NCBI GenBank assembly: GCA_963796055.1
Contig: CAWCKH010000004.1
Location: 1,760,001 to 1,824,000 of the forward strand
Source: an uncultured delta proteobacterium
Lineage (GTDB): Bacteria; Myxococcota; Myxococcia; Myxococcales; Myxococcaceae
Direction: 5' to 3'
Length of the DNA: 64,000 bases
Shown here: positions 39,617 through 49,029 of the stretch, one piece after another
Layout of the letters: each line of letters begins with the position of its first letter
How positions within the stretch are numbered: position 1 is the first letter of the stretch
The notes under the pieces: model-generated
The model's input: only the letters and a program-made list of their open reading frames with translations
What the model was told of the DNA's origin: nothing
The model's database searches: none
Translations under genes and position numbers: made by a program

Positions 39617-40570
39617 ATGGTGCCGTCCGGTCCGATGCGGGTTCCCGCGGTGAGAGCCGGCGCGCTGCGCGGCGAGGCCTACGGCGTCGTCTTCGAGGTC
39701 CGGGTGGACGACCGCCGGCTCCTGCCCGCGGTGCGTGTGCGCTTCCCCCCGGGCTGGAACGTCAGCCGGCAGAGTCCAGCGGTCGTCCTCTCCCTGGTGC
39801 ACGAGGTGCTGCAGGAGGTGTTTGACACCTCCCCCCGGACGGCGGGGCCGTCGCGGCGGACGGGGGGTTCGCGCGGGAGGTCCCGGCCGGTGGTCGGTCT
39901 GTCCGTGCGAGTGGACGGGCAGCGGGTGGCCCGCGGGTTCAGCCATGCGCAAGCCCTGGACGTGCTCGAGAGCGAGCTGCAGCTCACGGTTGCCCGGCTC
40001 GCCCGCCCCGAGGTGTTCGTCCACGCCGGTGTGGTGGCGGTGGACGGGCGCGCCATCCTGGTTCCGGGGCGCTCCGGTGCGGGGAAGACCACCCTGGTGC
40101 GCGCGCTGGTGGAGGCCGGGGCAACGTACTACTCGGATGAGTACGCGGTGCTCGACCGGGAGGGGCGTGTGCATCCGTACGCGCGCCGTCCGAGCGTCCG
40201 GCGGCGGGCTGGACACAAGGAGCGGCACCCGGTTCCGCGGGTCAGAGGTCGCGGGCCGGTTCCGGTGGGGATGATCGTCGAGACGCGGTACTCGACCGGT
40301 GCCCGCTGGGACCCCGTGTCACTGTCGCCGGGCGAGCGCGTGCTGGCGCTGCTGGCGAACACCGTGCCGGCGCGGGATCGCCCGGCCGAGGTGCTCACCG
40401 TGCTGGCGCGTGCCACCGAGGGGACCCTCGGTGTCCGGAGCGACCGCGGCGCGGCGAAGCAGACTGCCCGGCTGCTCATCGCGCTCGCCCGGAGCTCCGA
40501 TGGGCTGGAGCGCGTCCGTCCGCCGAGACCTGCACCTCGAACTGCCGGAGGGCGGAGTCGCCGGCCCTGA
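39617..40570 (+). CDS. HprK-related P-loop kinase
   Basis: FVHAGVV, GRSGAGKTTL Walker A, YYSDEYAVLD; start 39617 or 39635. Confidence 0.8.
   Translation: MVPSGPMRVPAVRAGALRGEAYGVVFEVRVDDRRLLPAVRVRFPPGWNVSRQSPAVVLSLVHEVLQEVFDTSPRTAGPSRRTGGSRGRSRPVVGLSVRVDGQRVARGFSHAQALDVLESELQLTVARLARPEVFVHAGVVAVDGRAILVPGRSGAGKTTLVRALVEAGATYYSDEYAVLDREGRVHPYARRPSVRRRAGHKERHPVPRVRGRGPVPVGMIVETRYSTGARWDPVSLSPGERVLALLANTVPARDRPAEVLTVLARATEGTLGVRSDRGAAKQTARLLIALARSSDGLERVRPPRPAPRTAGGRSRRP
39814..39832. repeat. single REP-like palindrome inside a CDS
   Basis: GGAGGTGTTTGACACCTCC, matching the first arm of the doublets. Confidence 0.6.
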
Positions 40571-40651
40571 TTGCACCGCGCGGGCCCGGGGACTCGAGAG
40601 ACGAGCCAGCCCCCTGCTGGCGCATCGAGGCCGCACGGGCCCGATCGGACC

Positions 40652-42391
40652 TCAGGAGGTCGCCGCGCCGGAATGCGCGCGTGCCTCGGGATCGGGCGCC
40701 TGCGCCGCGACATCCGCCACCTCCGCCGGGGTCACCGCGACGGGCAGCCGCGCGGCCGCGGCATGCTCCACCATGAGGCGTGCCGCGCAGACCTGGAACA
40801 GGGGACGGAGCAACAGCTTCACCACGGGGAGGAGGGTCAACGCGCGGCTCACCGCGAGCCCAGAGAACTCGAAGGGCTGTTCCTCCACCCGCTCGGAGGG
40901 GCCGTAGAACCGCCGGGCCATCCGTTCCCAGATCCGGCCCCACCAGCGGGGCAGGCCCCAGCGGAAGAGGAACACCCGCTCGGTCAGCGTGAACCACGCC
41001 CGCAGGTACCAGGGTCGGGGTGTGCTCTCCGGCGGAGCCCACGCCCGCGTGCTCCGACCCGCGGTCATCACCACCCACCAGTAAGCCCCCCACAGAGTGG
41101 TCAGCACCGTGGTGAGAATGCGGTGCGGGGGGACGAGCCATCCCACGACGGAGATCAGCGCCGCGCCGGGCAGGAACCCGAGGAAGAACTGCGCGCGCCG
41201 GTTCGCCTTCCGGCGCACCCAGGGGAGGTCGAGCCGGATCTTCGGCCGCATCGGTGGATCCTCGGGTGCCACCTGGACCAGCAGCGACAGATCGCGCGAG
41301 AGCGCATCGTGGAAGTCGCGAGACAGGGCCAGCACGCACGTCTGGGCGATCCCCAGCGACGCGTAGATCGCCGCCAGCAAGGCCAGCACTGCCCCGAGAC
41401 GGCCGGCCAGACCACGCTCATGGCGACGGGCGACCTTCAGCGCCGCCCGCGCCCGCTCCAGCCGCGCCCGCTCCGCAGCGGAGAGGGGATCGGCGCCCTT
41501 GCGCTGCAGCGCCGCCGCGTCCTTCTCCACGTGGTCCAGCTGGCGCTCGAGGCTGCGCCGCGCCCGGCGGGCCTCCCCCGAATTCTTGGGGATCTGCTGC
41601 GCCAGGGCGTCCGCGGCGATGGCGATCTCCTCCAGCCGGTCGCTCACCGCCTCGCGCTCGTCCTTGAGGTCCTGCGCCTCGTCCTCGACCTTCCCCGGGC
41701 CCTTCCCCGCACGGCGCTCCGCGCGCGCAGCCTGCTTCTTGGCCTTCTCGACGGCGGCGGCCACCAGCTCGGCGGTCCGCTTGCCGCGCTCCTCGGGGGA
41801 TGCCTCCTGGAGCGCCTTGATCTTTGCCTCGAGCGTCGTCTCGAGGTCCGTCTCGGCCAAGTCCCCGTCCTCGGCGTCCTCCTCGTCCTCGTCGGCGCTG
41901 TCCGGTTCCGAAGAGCTCGGGGCGGAGGTCGCGGGCCCTCCGGGCGTGTGCCCGGACGCACCGGCTGACGGGGGCGTCTGCTTCGCGGCAGGTGGCGGCG
42001 CCGGGACGGAGGACTTGCGCCTCGTCGGCGGCGCTGGCGGGGGAGCGAGCGCCGGGGGCTCCGACGTTGCCGTCGGCGCCCGGGGTGTCGCCTTGTCCGG
42101 TGCCGCCCCGGAAGGTGCCGGTGTGGGAGCGCCCTCGGCAGCCGGTCGGCTGCCCGCGGAGACGGGCGCGGTGGCTTCCGGCTCCTCCGGACCGAAGGCG
42201 TCGTTCCAGGCCTCGGCGCCCTGTTTCCCGACCCAGAAGATCACCAGCCCGGCCACCAGGGTCAGCGCGGCCTGGAGCAGCACCGTTCGCCAGTACCGGG
42301 ACCACAGCCGCTGGTCCTGGCGCATACGACCAATCAGCTCCCAGGGCTCGCGCACGCCGCGCCAGAACCTGGCGCCTGCCGACTCGGACAT
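40652..42391 (-). CDS. membrane protein with Pro/Ala-rich linker, coiled coil and possible EI24-like C-terminal TM region
   Basis: N-terminal TM, low-complexity segment, acidic stretch, Trp-rich TM C-terminus. Confidence 0.65.
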   Translation of the reverse strand: MSESAGARFWRGVREPWELIGRMRQDQRLWSRYWRTVLLQAALTLVAGLVIFWVGKQGAEAWNDAFGPEEPEATAPVSAGSRPAAEGAPTPAPSGAAPDKATPRAPTATSEPPALAPPPAPPTRRKSSVPAPPPAAKQTPPSAGASGHTPGGPATSAPSSSEPDSADEDEEDAEDGDLAETDLETTLEAKIKALQEASPEERGKRTAELVAAAVEKAKKQAARAERRAGKGPGKVEDEAQDLKDEREAVSDRLEEIAIAADALAQQIPKNSGEARRARRSLERQLDHVEKDAAALQRKGADPLSAAERARLERARAALKVARRHERGLAGRLGAVLALLAAIYASLGIAQTCVLALSRDFHDALSRDLSLLVQVAPEDPPMRPKIRLDLPWVRRKANRRAQFFLGFLPGAALISVVGWLVPPHRILTTVLTTLWGAYWWVVMTAGRSTRAWAPPESTPRPWYLRAWFTLTERVFLFRWGLPRWWGRIWERMARRFYGPSERVEEQPFEFSGLAVSRALTLLPVVKLLLRPLFQVCAARLMVEHAAAARLPVAVTPAEVADVAAQAPDPEARAHSGAATS

Positions 42392-42692
42392 CGGCGTCAC
42401 CTTCCCACAGCTTCCGCACAGGCCGTAGCCCCAACTTGGGGAGAACTCCTGTGGCAAACGGTGGGGAGACGGCTCAGCCCGGCCCGTCCAGCAGCGCTTC
42501 GGCCTCGGCCAGCGAGAACGCCAGGCGGGAGTCGCTCCTCCAACCTCGCCCGCCCCTTGAAGACCACCACCACCCGCTCGCGCGCCGGAAGCGCTCGGAC
42601 CTCGACCATGTGCGGCGCGAACCCTGATCTGGGCGCGGCGTCCAGGTCAATCAAACTTCCGTGTTCGGATCTGACAGATTGCAATCGAGGTG

Positions 42693-45600
42693 TCAGATCG
42701 GTCCCACCGCGGGCTCGGCTGCGGTGCGCGAGCGCTCCAGCAGTCGCTCCCAGATCCGGTACATCACCGGGAGCAGCAGCAGGGTGAGCGCACAGGCCGA
42801 CAGCGTCCCGGCCACGATGACCACCGCCAGCGGACGCTGGGTCTCGCTTCCGATGCCCCGCGAGAGCGCCGCCGGGACCAGCCCCAGCGCCGCCAGGCTG
42901 GCGGTCATCAGCACCGGTCTGAGCCGTTCCCGCGCTCCGGCGAGGATGGCCTCGTCCAGCGACTCCCCCCGCTCCCGGCGCCCGGCGATGGCCGACAGCA
43001 CCAGCACGCCGTTGAGCGAGGCCTGGCCGATCAGGGCGATGAAGCCCACCGCCGCCGAGACGCTGAGCGGGAAACCGAACGCCCACAGGCCGAACACTCC
43101 GCCCAGCAGCGCGAAGGGCACGTTGAGCAGGGTGAGGACGGCCAGGGGCAGCGAGTCGAAGGCCTTGAAGAGCAGCACCAGGGTGAGGAGCAGGGCCACC
43201 GGCACCACCGTCGCCAGCCGGGCCATGGCCCGCTCCTTGTTCTCGAACTCGCCACCCCACTCGATGGACATGCCCTTGCCCAGGGGTGCTTCGCGCTCCG
43301 CCCGCTCGCGGGCCTCGTTCACGAAGCCGCCCATGTCCCGGCCCCGCACGTTCATCCGGATGCCGATGTAGCGCCGTCCGTTCTCCCGGTTGATGCTCGC
43401 CCGTCCCACGCCGGTCTCCACCTCGGCCAGCGCCGAGAGAGGAATGGTCAAACCTCCATCGACCGGCACGCGCAGCGAGCGGATCTTCTCCACGTCGTCC
43501 CGGTCGGCCGGGGGGAGCCGGAGCACCACGTCGAACTTGCGCTCTCCCTCCCAGAAATCGGCCACCGGCCGGCCGCCGAGCGCGGTCTGGAACACGTGCT
43601 GGAAGTCGCCGAGGTCCATCCCGTATCGCGCCAGCGCCACCCGGTTCGGCTTGACCCGCACTTGAAGCACCGAGGCGCTCTTCACCAGCGCGAGATCTGC
43701 CGCGCCAGGCACCCGGGCGATGGCGGCCTTCACCTTCTCCGCCTGCGTCTGGAGCGCGGCCAGGTCGTCGCCGTACAGCTTCACCGCGATCTGTCCCTGC
43801 TGCCCGCTGATGCTCTCGTTGACGTTGTCGCGGATCGGCTGGCTGAAGTTCGCCTCGATGCCGGGAATCTCCGCGATCCGCTGCTGCAGCCCGTCCAGGA
43901 CGCCGCCCAGCGTCGGGGTCTGGCGCGGCCAGCGGTCCGGCGGCTTCAGCTTGACGAAGAACTCGAGGTTGTTGGCCAGCTTCGCGTCGGTGCCGTCCTC
44001 GGGCCGGCCCAGCTGGGAGAGCACCGATTCGACCGGAGGCGCGCCCTGCAGCAGCTGGGTGATGCGCGGCACCAGCTTCCGGCCCGCGGTGAGCGAGCTG
44101 TTCGCCGGCAGGGTGAAGGTCATGTACAGCGCGCCCTCGTTCAGCTCGGGGAGGAACTCGCTGCCCAGACTGGGCAGGACCAGCGCCGCGCCCGCGAGGA
44201 GCACGCCGACCGCGCCGATGAGCAGGGCAGGGCGGCCGAGGCAGAAGCGCAGGGTGGGCTCGTACCGTCTCGCCACCCAGGAGAGGAGCGGCGACTCGCC
44301 GTGGGTGACCGGCCTCCGCCACACCAGCGCGGCGAGGACCGGCACCAGGGTGACCGAGAAGAACAGCGCCCCGGCCAGCGCCGAGACCACGGTGTTCGCC
44401 ATCGGGGAGAAGATCCGGCCCTCCACCCGCTGGAGGAGGAAGATCGGCAGGTAGGCGGCGATGATGATCAGCAGCGCGAACACCGTCGGCCGCACCACCG
44501 CGGTGGTCGCCTGGCGGATCTTCTCCTCCACCGTCTCGGCCGAGCTCCGCGACAGCGCCATGCGGGCGAGGATGGCCTCGATGATCACCACCCCGCCGTC
44601 GACGATGACCCCGAAGTCCACCGCCCCCATCGAGAGGAGGTTGGCGCTCATCCCCCGAAGGTGGAGGTAGATGAAGGAGGTGAGCAGCGACAGCGGGATC
44701 AGCGTGGCCACGATCAGCGCCGCCCGGAGATCGAGCAGGAAGACGAAGAGGACCAGCGTCACCAGCACCGCGCCCTCGAGCAGGTTCTGGCCCACCGTGC
44801 GGAGGGTGGTGCCGACCAGATCGGTGCGGTCGTAGAAGGGATCGAGCTTCACCCCCTCGGGCGCGAGTCGCCGGTCGATGTCCTGGACCGCGGTCCGGAT
44901 GCGCCCCAGCACCGCGGAAGGGTTCTCGCCCCGCCGCATCAGCACCACGCCCTGCACGGTGTCCATCGACTCGTTGCGGCTGACCACCCCCTGCCGCGGC
45001 GCCCAGCCCTCGGTGACGGTGGCCACGTCCTTGAGGAAGACCGGCGTGCCCCCCTCGGTCGCCAGCCGGACCGCCTTGAGGTCCTCCACGCTGGTGAAGA
45101 GCCCCTCGCTGCGGATGACCAGCTGCTCGGCGCCGCGCTCCAGCACGCCGCCCGAGGCGTTCACGCTGCCGCCTTTGATGCCCTGCTCGAGCGAGGCCAG
45201 GGTCAGCCCGTGGGCGGCCAGCCGCGACGGGTCGGGCTGGACGTGGATCTCCCGCTGGAGCCCCCCGATGCTCACCACGTCGGCCACGCCGTTCACCCGG
45301 AGGAACGCCGGGCGCACCACCCAATCTTGAAGGGTCCGGAGCTTCATCGGGTCCCCGCCCGCGCCGACCAGCGTGTAGCGGTACACCTCGCCGATGGGGG
45401 TGGCGTACGGACCGAGCTGGGGGACGATGCCGTCGGGCAGGTCGGCGTCCCGGAGCCGCTCCAGGACTTGCTGCCTGGCCCACAGCCCGTCCGTCCCGTC
45501 GTTGAAGGTGAGGGTGACCGACGAGAGCCCGAACAAGGACAGATTTCGGAGCCGCGACAGCTGCGGGATGCCGTTCAGCGCCCGCTCCAGCGGCAGTCCG

Positions 45601-45794
45601 AGCTGGCGTTCCACCTCCTCGGCCGGCTGACCCGGGTAGAGGGTGATGACCTGGACCTGCGTCTCGGTGGGATCGGGGAACGCCTCGACGGTCAGGTCGC
45701 GGAACGACAGCCAGCCCCACACCGCGACGATGGCGGTGAGGGAGAGCACCGCCGCCTTGTTCTTGAGCGAGAAGTCGACCAGGTGCTGGAACAC
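42693..45794 (-). CDS. CzcA/CusA family heavy-metal RND transporter
   Basis: EAFPD, GAVDFGVIVDG, EFLPELNEG, RLRPVLMT, GSETQRPLA. Confidence 0.93.
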   Translation of the reverse strand: MFQHLVDFSLKNKAAVLSLTAIVAVWGWLSFRDLTVEAFPDPTETQVQVITLYPGQPAEEVERQLGLPLERALNGIPQLSRLRNLSLFGLSSVTLTFNDGTDGLWARQQVLERLRDADLPDGIVPQLGPYATPIGEVYRYTLVGAGGDPMKLRTLQDWVVRPAFLRVNGVADVVSIGGLQREIHVQPDPSRLAAHGLTLASLEQGIKGGSVNASGGVLERGAEQLVIRSEGLFTSVEDLKAVRLATEGGTPVFLKDVATVTEGWAPRQGVVSRNESMDTVQGVVLMRRGENPSAVLGRIRTAVQDIDRRLAPEGVKLDPFYDRTDLVGTTLRTVGQNLLEGAVLVTLVLFVFLLDLRAALIVATLIPLSLLTSFIYLHLRGMSANLLSMGAVDFGVIVDGGVVIIEAILARMALSRSSAETVEEKIRQATTAVVRPTVFALLIIIAAYLPIFLLQRVEGRIFSPMANTVVSALAGALFFSVTLVPVLAALVWRRPVTHGESPLLSWVARRYEPTLRFCLGRPALLIGAVGVLLAGAALVLPSLGSEFLPELNEGALYMTFTLPANSSLTAGRKLVPRITQLLQGAPPVESVLSQLGRPEDGTDAKLANNLEFFVKLKPPDRWPRQTPTLGGVLDGLQQRIAEIPGIEANFSQPIRDNVNESISGQQGQIAVKLYGDDLAALQTQAEKVKAAIARVPGAADLALVKSASVLQVRVKPNRVALARYGMDLGDFQHVFQTALGGRPVADFWEGERKFDVVLRLPPADRDDVEKIRSLRVPVDGGLTIPLSALAEVETGVGRASINRENGRRYIGIRMNVRGRDMGGFVNEARERAEREAPLGKGMSIEWGGEFENKERAMARLATVVPVALLLTLVLLFKAFDSLPLAVLTLLNVPFALLGGVFGLWAFGFPLSVSAAVGFIALIGQASLNGVLVLSAIAGRRERGESLDEAILAGARERLRPVLMTASLAALGLVPAALSRGIGSETQRPLAVVIVAGTLSACALTLLLLPVMYRIWERLLERSRTAAEPAVGPI

Positions 45795-45798
45795 GGAC

Positions 45799-46986
45799 CT
45801 ATTGCTCCAGCTCCAGCTCCAGCTGGTTCAGCAGGAGGATGGCGCCCTTGCTGACGTACCGCGCCCCGGGCTCGAGGCCGGCGCGGAGCTCGACCTCGCC
45901 GCTGCGCTGGCGGCCCGGGGTGACGGTCACTCGCTCCAGCTTCCCCTCGCCGCGGGAGACGAACACCACCGAGACCTGCCCGTCGGTAACCACCGCCTCG
46001 GCGGGGACCCGCACCCGCCTCTGCGATGGGTCGGACTGGAGCTCGACGTCGACGAAGGCGTTGGGGCGGAGCGCGCGGTCCTCGTTGCCCGCGCGGATGC
46101 GCACCTCGACGGTGCGCCGCTTGGGGTCGACCACCTCGGAGATGCGGTCGATGGTGCCCGGACGGATGACGCTGCCGGCGCGGGTGCGGATGGTGACCTG
46201 TCCGCCCACCCGCAAGTCGTAGGCGTCGCTCTCCTGCACGTCGGCGAGGACCAGCACCTCGGACAGCTCGGAGATGCGAACCAGGGGGTGGTCCCCGGAG
46301 GGCTGGACCTCCTGGCTCGCCACCACATCCAGGTCGACGACGGTCCCGGAGCGCGGAGCGACGACCCAGAACAGGTTGTCGCCCTCCGGTGCGATCCGGA
46401 GCGACGAGCGCTTGGCGGCCGAGGCGCGTGCGGCCAGCTCGGCCTCGTGGAGGTCCGCCTCGGCGGCGAGGGCGTCCTTCTCGGGGGCGGCGCGGATCTC
46501 CACCAGCTCGCGGGCGCGGGCGGCGATGCGCCGCTTCACCTCGACGTTCGCCCGGGCGGAGGCCATCTCCCTTTCCAGATCTGCCCATGCGGCGGAACGG
46601 ACGTTGAACAGGCGGTCGCCCTCCTGCACCCGATCGCCGATGCGGACCAGTACCCGCTCCACCCGGCCGGGCATCGGAGCGCTGAGGGAGGCGGTCCGCT
46701 TCTCGTCGAAGCTCACCCGCCCGGGCACCGGTGGCGGGGGAAGCGGCGCCGCCTCGGCGGCGGTGGCCAGCTCGACGTAGCGCCACTGCGGCGCCGTTTC
46801 GGGGATCTGGAGCGTGTTGCCCCGGACGGTGATGCGGCGGACGGGCTGGGAGGTTGCCTCGTGCTGGCGGAGCAGGAGCCAGCTGGCGGAGACCAGGGCC
46901 ACCAGGGTGACGCCGCCGCCCACCAGGAGCGAGGGACGGGCGCGCCGGAATCCCCCGAGGGTGCCGGAGCCTGCGTCAGGGGACAT
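45799..46986 (-). CDS. RND periplasmic adaptor (CzcB-like)
   Basis: N-terminal anchor, lipoyl-like GRVERVLVRIGDRVQEGD, VDPKRRTVEVR. Confidence 0.9.
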   Translation of the reverse strand: MSPDAGSGTLGGFRRARPSLLVGGGVTLVALVSASWLLLRQHEATSQPVRRITVRGNTLQIPETAPQWRYVELATAAEAAPLPPPPVPGRVSFDEKRTASLSAPMPGRVERVLVRIGDRVQEGDRLFNVRSAAWADLEREMASARANVEVKRRIAARARELVEIRAAPEKDALAAEADLHEAELAARASAAKRSSLRIAPEGDNLFWVVAPRSGTVVDLDVVASQEVQPSGDHPLVRISELSEVLVLADVQESDAYDLRVGGQVTIRTRAGSVIRPGTIDRISEVVDPKRRTVEVRIRAGNEDRALRPNAFVDVELQSDPSQRRVRVPAEAVVTDGQVSVVFVSRGEGKLERVTVTPGRQRSGEVELRAGLEPGARYVSKGAILLLNQLELELEQ

Positions 46987-48274
46987 GGGGGATGCTCTCG
47001 GGCAAGGGGGGCAGCTCCCCGGCGGTTCGGGCCTGCGCCACGGTGAGGTGGAAGGCGAAGAGGTCGAGATCGGCGGCGTCGAGCTGGAGATCGCCCAGCG
47101 TCCGTCGGGCGAGGAGGAGGTCCGGAAGGGGCGCCCCGCCGCGGGTCACGGCGCTCTCCAGCCGCTGCACCACGTCGCGGGCCAGCGGCAAGGTGCGCTC
47201 CATCAGGCGGCTCCGGCGGGCGAGGGCGGCCGCGCGCTGCTGCTCGAGGGAGGTCAGGTCGCGCACGCTCGACGCCCGGAGCAGCAGCTGCGCTTGCCCG
47301 GCGGCCTCGGCCAGAGCGGAGGCCGCCTTGGCATCCGCCTGACCGTGGTCGAAGAACGGCAGCGGCAGGCTCACGCCGACCATGACGCTCTGGTGCTGGT
47401 TGCCGGAGATGACGAACTGATCGAGCACGTAGCCGATGCGGAAGGTGGGGTCGGGGATCCACCGGTTCCTGGCGAGGTCGAGGCTGGAGCGGGCGGCGGC
47501 CTCCTGGGCCTGGAGCGAGCGCAGGTCGGGCCGCTGATCCAGCGCCGGGGCGGGAGGGCTGGCCGCGAGCCGGGCGGAGAGGAACGCCCGGGCGCCATCG
47601 GTGCTGGCGAAGGGCCGGCAGGGGAGGCCCACGGTCTGAGCGCAGAGGAGGAGCGCAGCGGAGAGCTTCTCCCGCTCCTGGCCGAGGTTGGAGGCGTATT
47701 TCTCGGCCTCGAGCACCGCCCGGTCGACGTCGAGGCCGGCGATGTCACCGCGCTTCTGCCGCTCTCGCTGCAGATCGGCGAGGCGCTGGGCATCGCGCAC
47801 CGTCTCCTCGAGCGCGCCGACGCGGATCTCCGCGGTGGCCACCTCCGAGATGCGCTCCAGCAGGTCGAACCAGCGCTGGCGCAAGGTCTCGACGGCGTCG
47901 AACAGCGCGGCGTCGCGGGTGGCGCGGCTGCCGGCCTGGCGGGGACCGCGCTTGCCGATCTCCAGCGGCTGGTTGAGGGTGAAGGTGTAGTTGGGGACGT
48001 CCTTGAGCTTGTCGAGGCCCGGGGGATTCGTTGGCCCTAAGGCCAGGGTGCCCCACTGGAAGTCGAAGCCCGGATTGGGGAAGACCTCCGAGCGGGTGAC
48101 CTCCGCCTCTGCCTGTCCGAGCCTCGCGCGCGCGGCGACGAGGTCCGGGGAACGGGTCCACAGCAGCTCGACGAGGTCGAGGTCTGCCGGGGAACTGGAA
48201 AGGTCGAGTGACTCCGGATTGGGCGCGGTGGCGGCGAGCGCCACGGCGAGAAGCCAGGAACTGCTGATCAGCAC
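46976..48274 (-). CDS. TolC/CzcC family outer membrane factor
   Basis: QPLEIGKR, RPDLRS, VSLPLPFFDHGQ; first gene of the CBA operon. Confidence 0.88.
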   Translation of the reverse strand: MLISSSWLLAVALAATAPNPESLDLSSSPADLDLVELLWTRSPDLVAARARLGQAEAEVTRSEVFPNPGFDFQWGTLALGPTNPPGLDKLKDVPNYTFTLNQPLEIGKRGPRQAGSRATRDAALFDAVETLRQRWFDLLERISEVATAEIRVGALEETVRDAQRLADLQRERQKRGDIAGLDVDRAVLEAEKYASNLGQEREKLSAALLLCAQTVGLPCRPFASTDGARAFLSARLAASPPAPALDQRPDLRSLQAQEAAARSSLDLARNRWIPDPTFRIGYVLDQFVISGNQHQSVMVGVSLPLPFFDHGQADAKAASALAEAAGQAQLLLRASSVRDLTSLEQQRAAALARRSRLMERTLPLARDVVQRLESAVTRGGAPLPDLLLARRTLGDLQLDAADLDLFAFHLTVAQARTAGELPPLPESIPHVP

Positions 48275-48576
48275 GCGGCGGCACCAGAGCAAGGAGCCTG
48301 CCACCCCGAAATTCAACGGGTTGCCACGGTCCTGGGCGGAGGGATGCCAGTTGCTTGCAGGGGCGGCTGAAGCGGCGTTTCACCGCGAGGCGGGGCGCGA
48401 ATGACAGCGGTGTGGAGCGCCGGGTGCGTCCGGCTTCCCGTCCCGGGCACCGGATGGCAGCGGCTGTCGGGGGCTGTCTTCCTCGTTCGCGCCGCGCGTC
48501 CGCGGGGTGCGGTCAATACCGTTCGCGAGCCCTCGTTGCTCTGGCTGCCAGGCGGGCTGGAGCGTAACCTCGGCGC

Positions 48577-49029
48577 ATGGCCTCATCCCTGGGCTTCGTT
48601 CCGCGGCGGCGGCCGAGCGGACTGGTCAGCGAGCACCTCGACGGTGAGGTGCTGCTGTATGTCGAGGCGACGCACAAGGCGTTCTGTCTCAACCCGGCGG
48701 CGTCGCGGGTCTGGGAGTCGATCGACGGAGCGCGGGACGTCTCGGGCATCGCCCTGCGCACCGCGCTCGATCCGGAGCTGGTCGGCGGCACGCTGCGGGA
48801 GATGGGCGAGGCGGGGCTGCTGGAGGAGGTGCCGGAGCTCCCGGGCGTGGATCTGTCGCGGCGGCGGCTCGTGCGCGCGGGGCTGGTGGCGATCCCGTTC
48901 ATCCTCGCGATCACCGTGCCCCGCGCGGCGGAGGCGGCGTCGTGCGTCACCGGCCTGCCCGGTACACCCTGCGATGACACCCACACCTGCTGCGTGGGCA
49001 TCTGCAACGCCGGGTTCTGCAAACAGTGA
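48577..49029 (+). CDS. PqqD/RRE domain fused to Tat-like leader and Cys6 knottin-like core (copy 1)
   Basis: LDGEVLLY...LNPAASRVWESIDG (PqqD), SRRRLVR + hydrophobic + AEA, then C-x8-C-x5-CC-x3-C-x4-C. Confidence 0.8.
   Translation: MASSLGFVPRRRPSGLVSEHLDGEVLLYVEATHKAFCLNPAASRVWESIDGARDVSGIALRTALDPELVGGTLREMGEAGLLEEVPELPGVDLSRRRLVRAGLVAIPFILAITVPRAAEAASCVTGLPGTPCDDTHTCCVGICNAGFCKQ

Noticed and set aside
16891..39832. Palindromic repeats as a CRISPR array
   Set aside because: Only two arms per locus, non-identical, 70-90 nt apart, and no cas genes
42470..42610. Fragment MVEVRALPARERVVVVFKGRARLEE
   Set aside because: Looks like a decayed gene start but cannot be assigned from sequence alone
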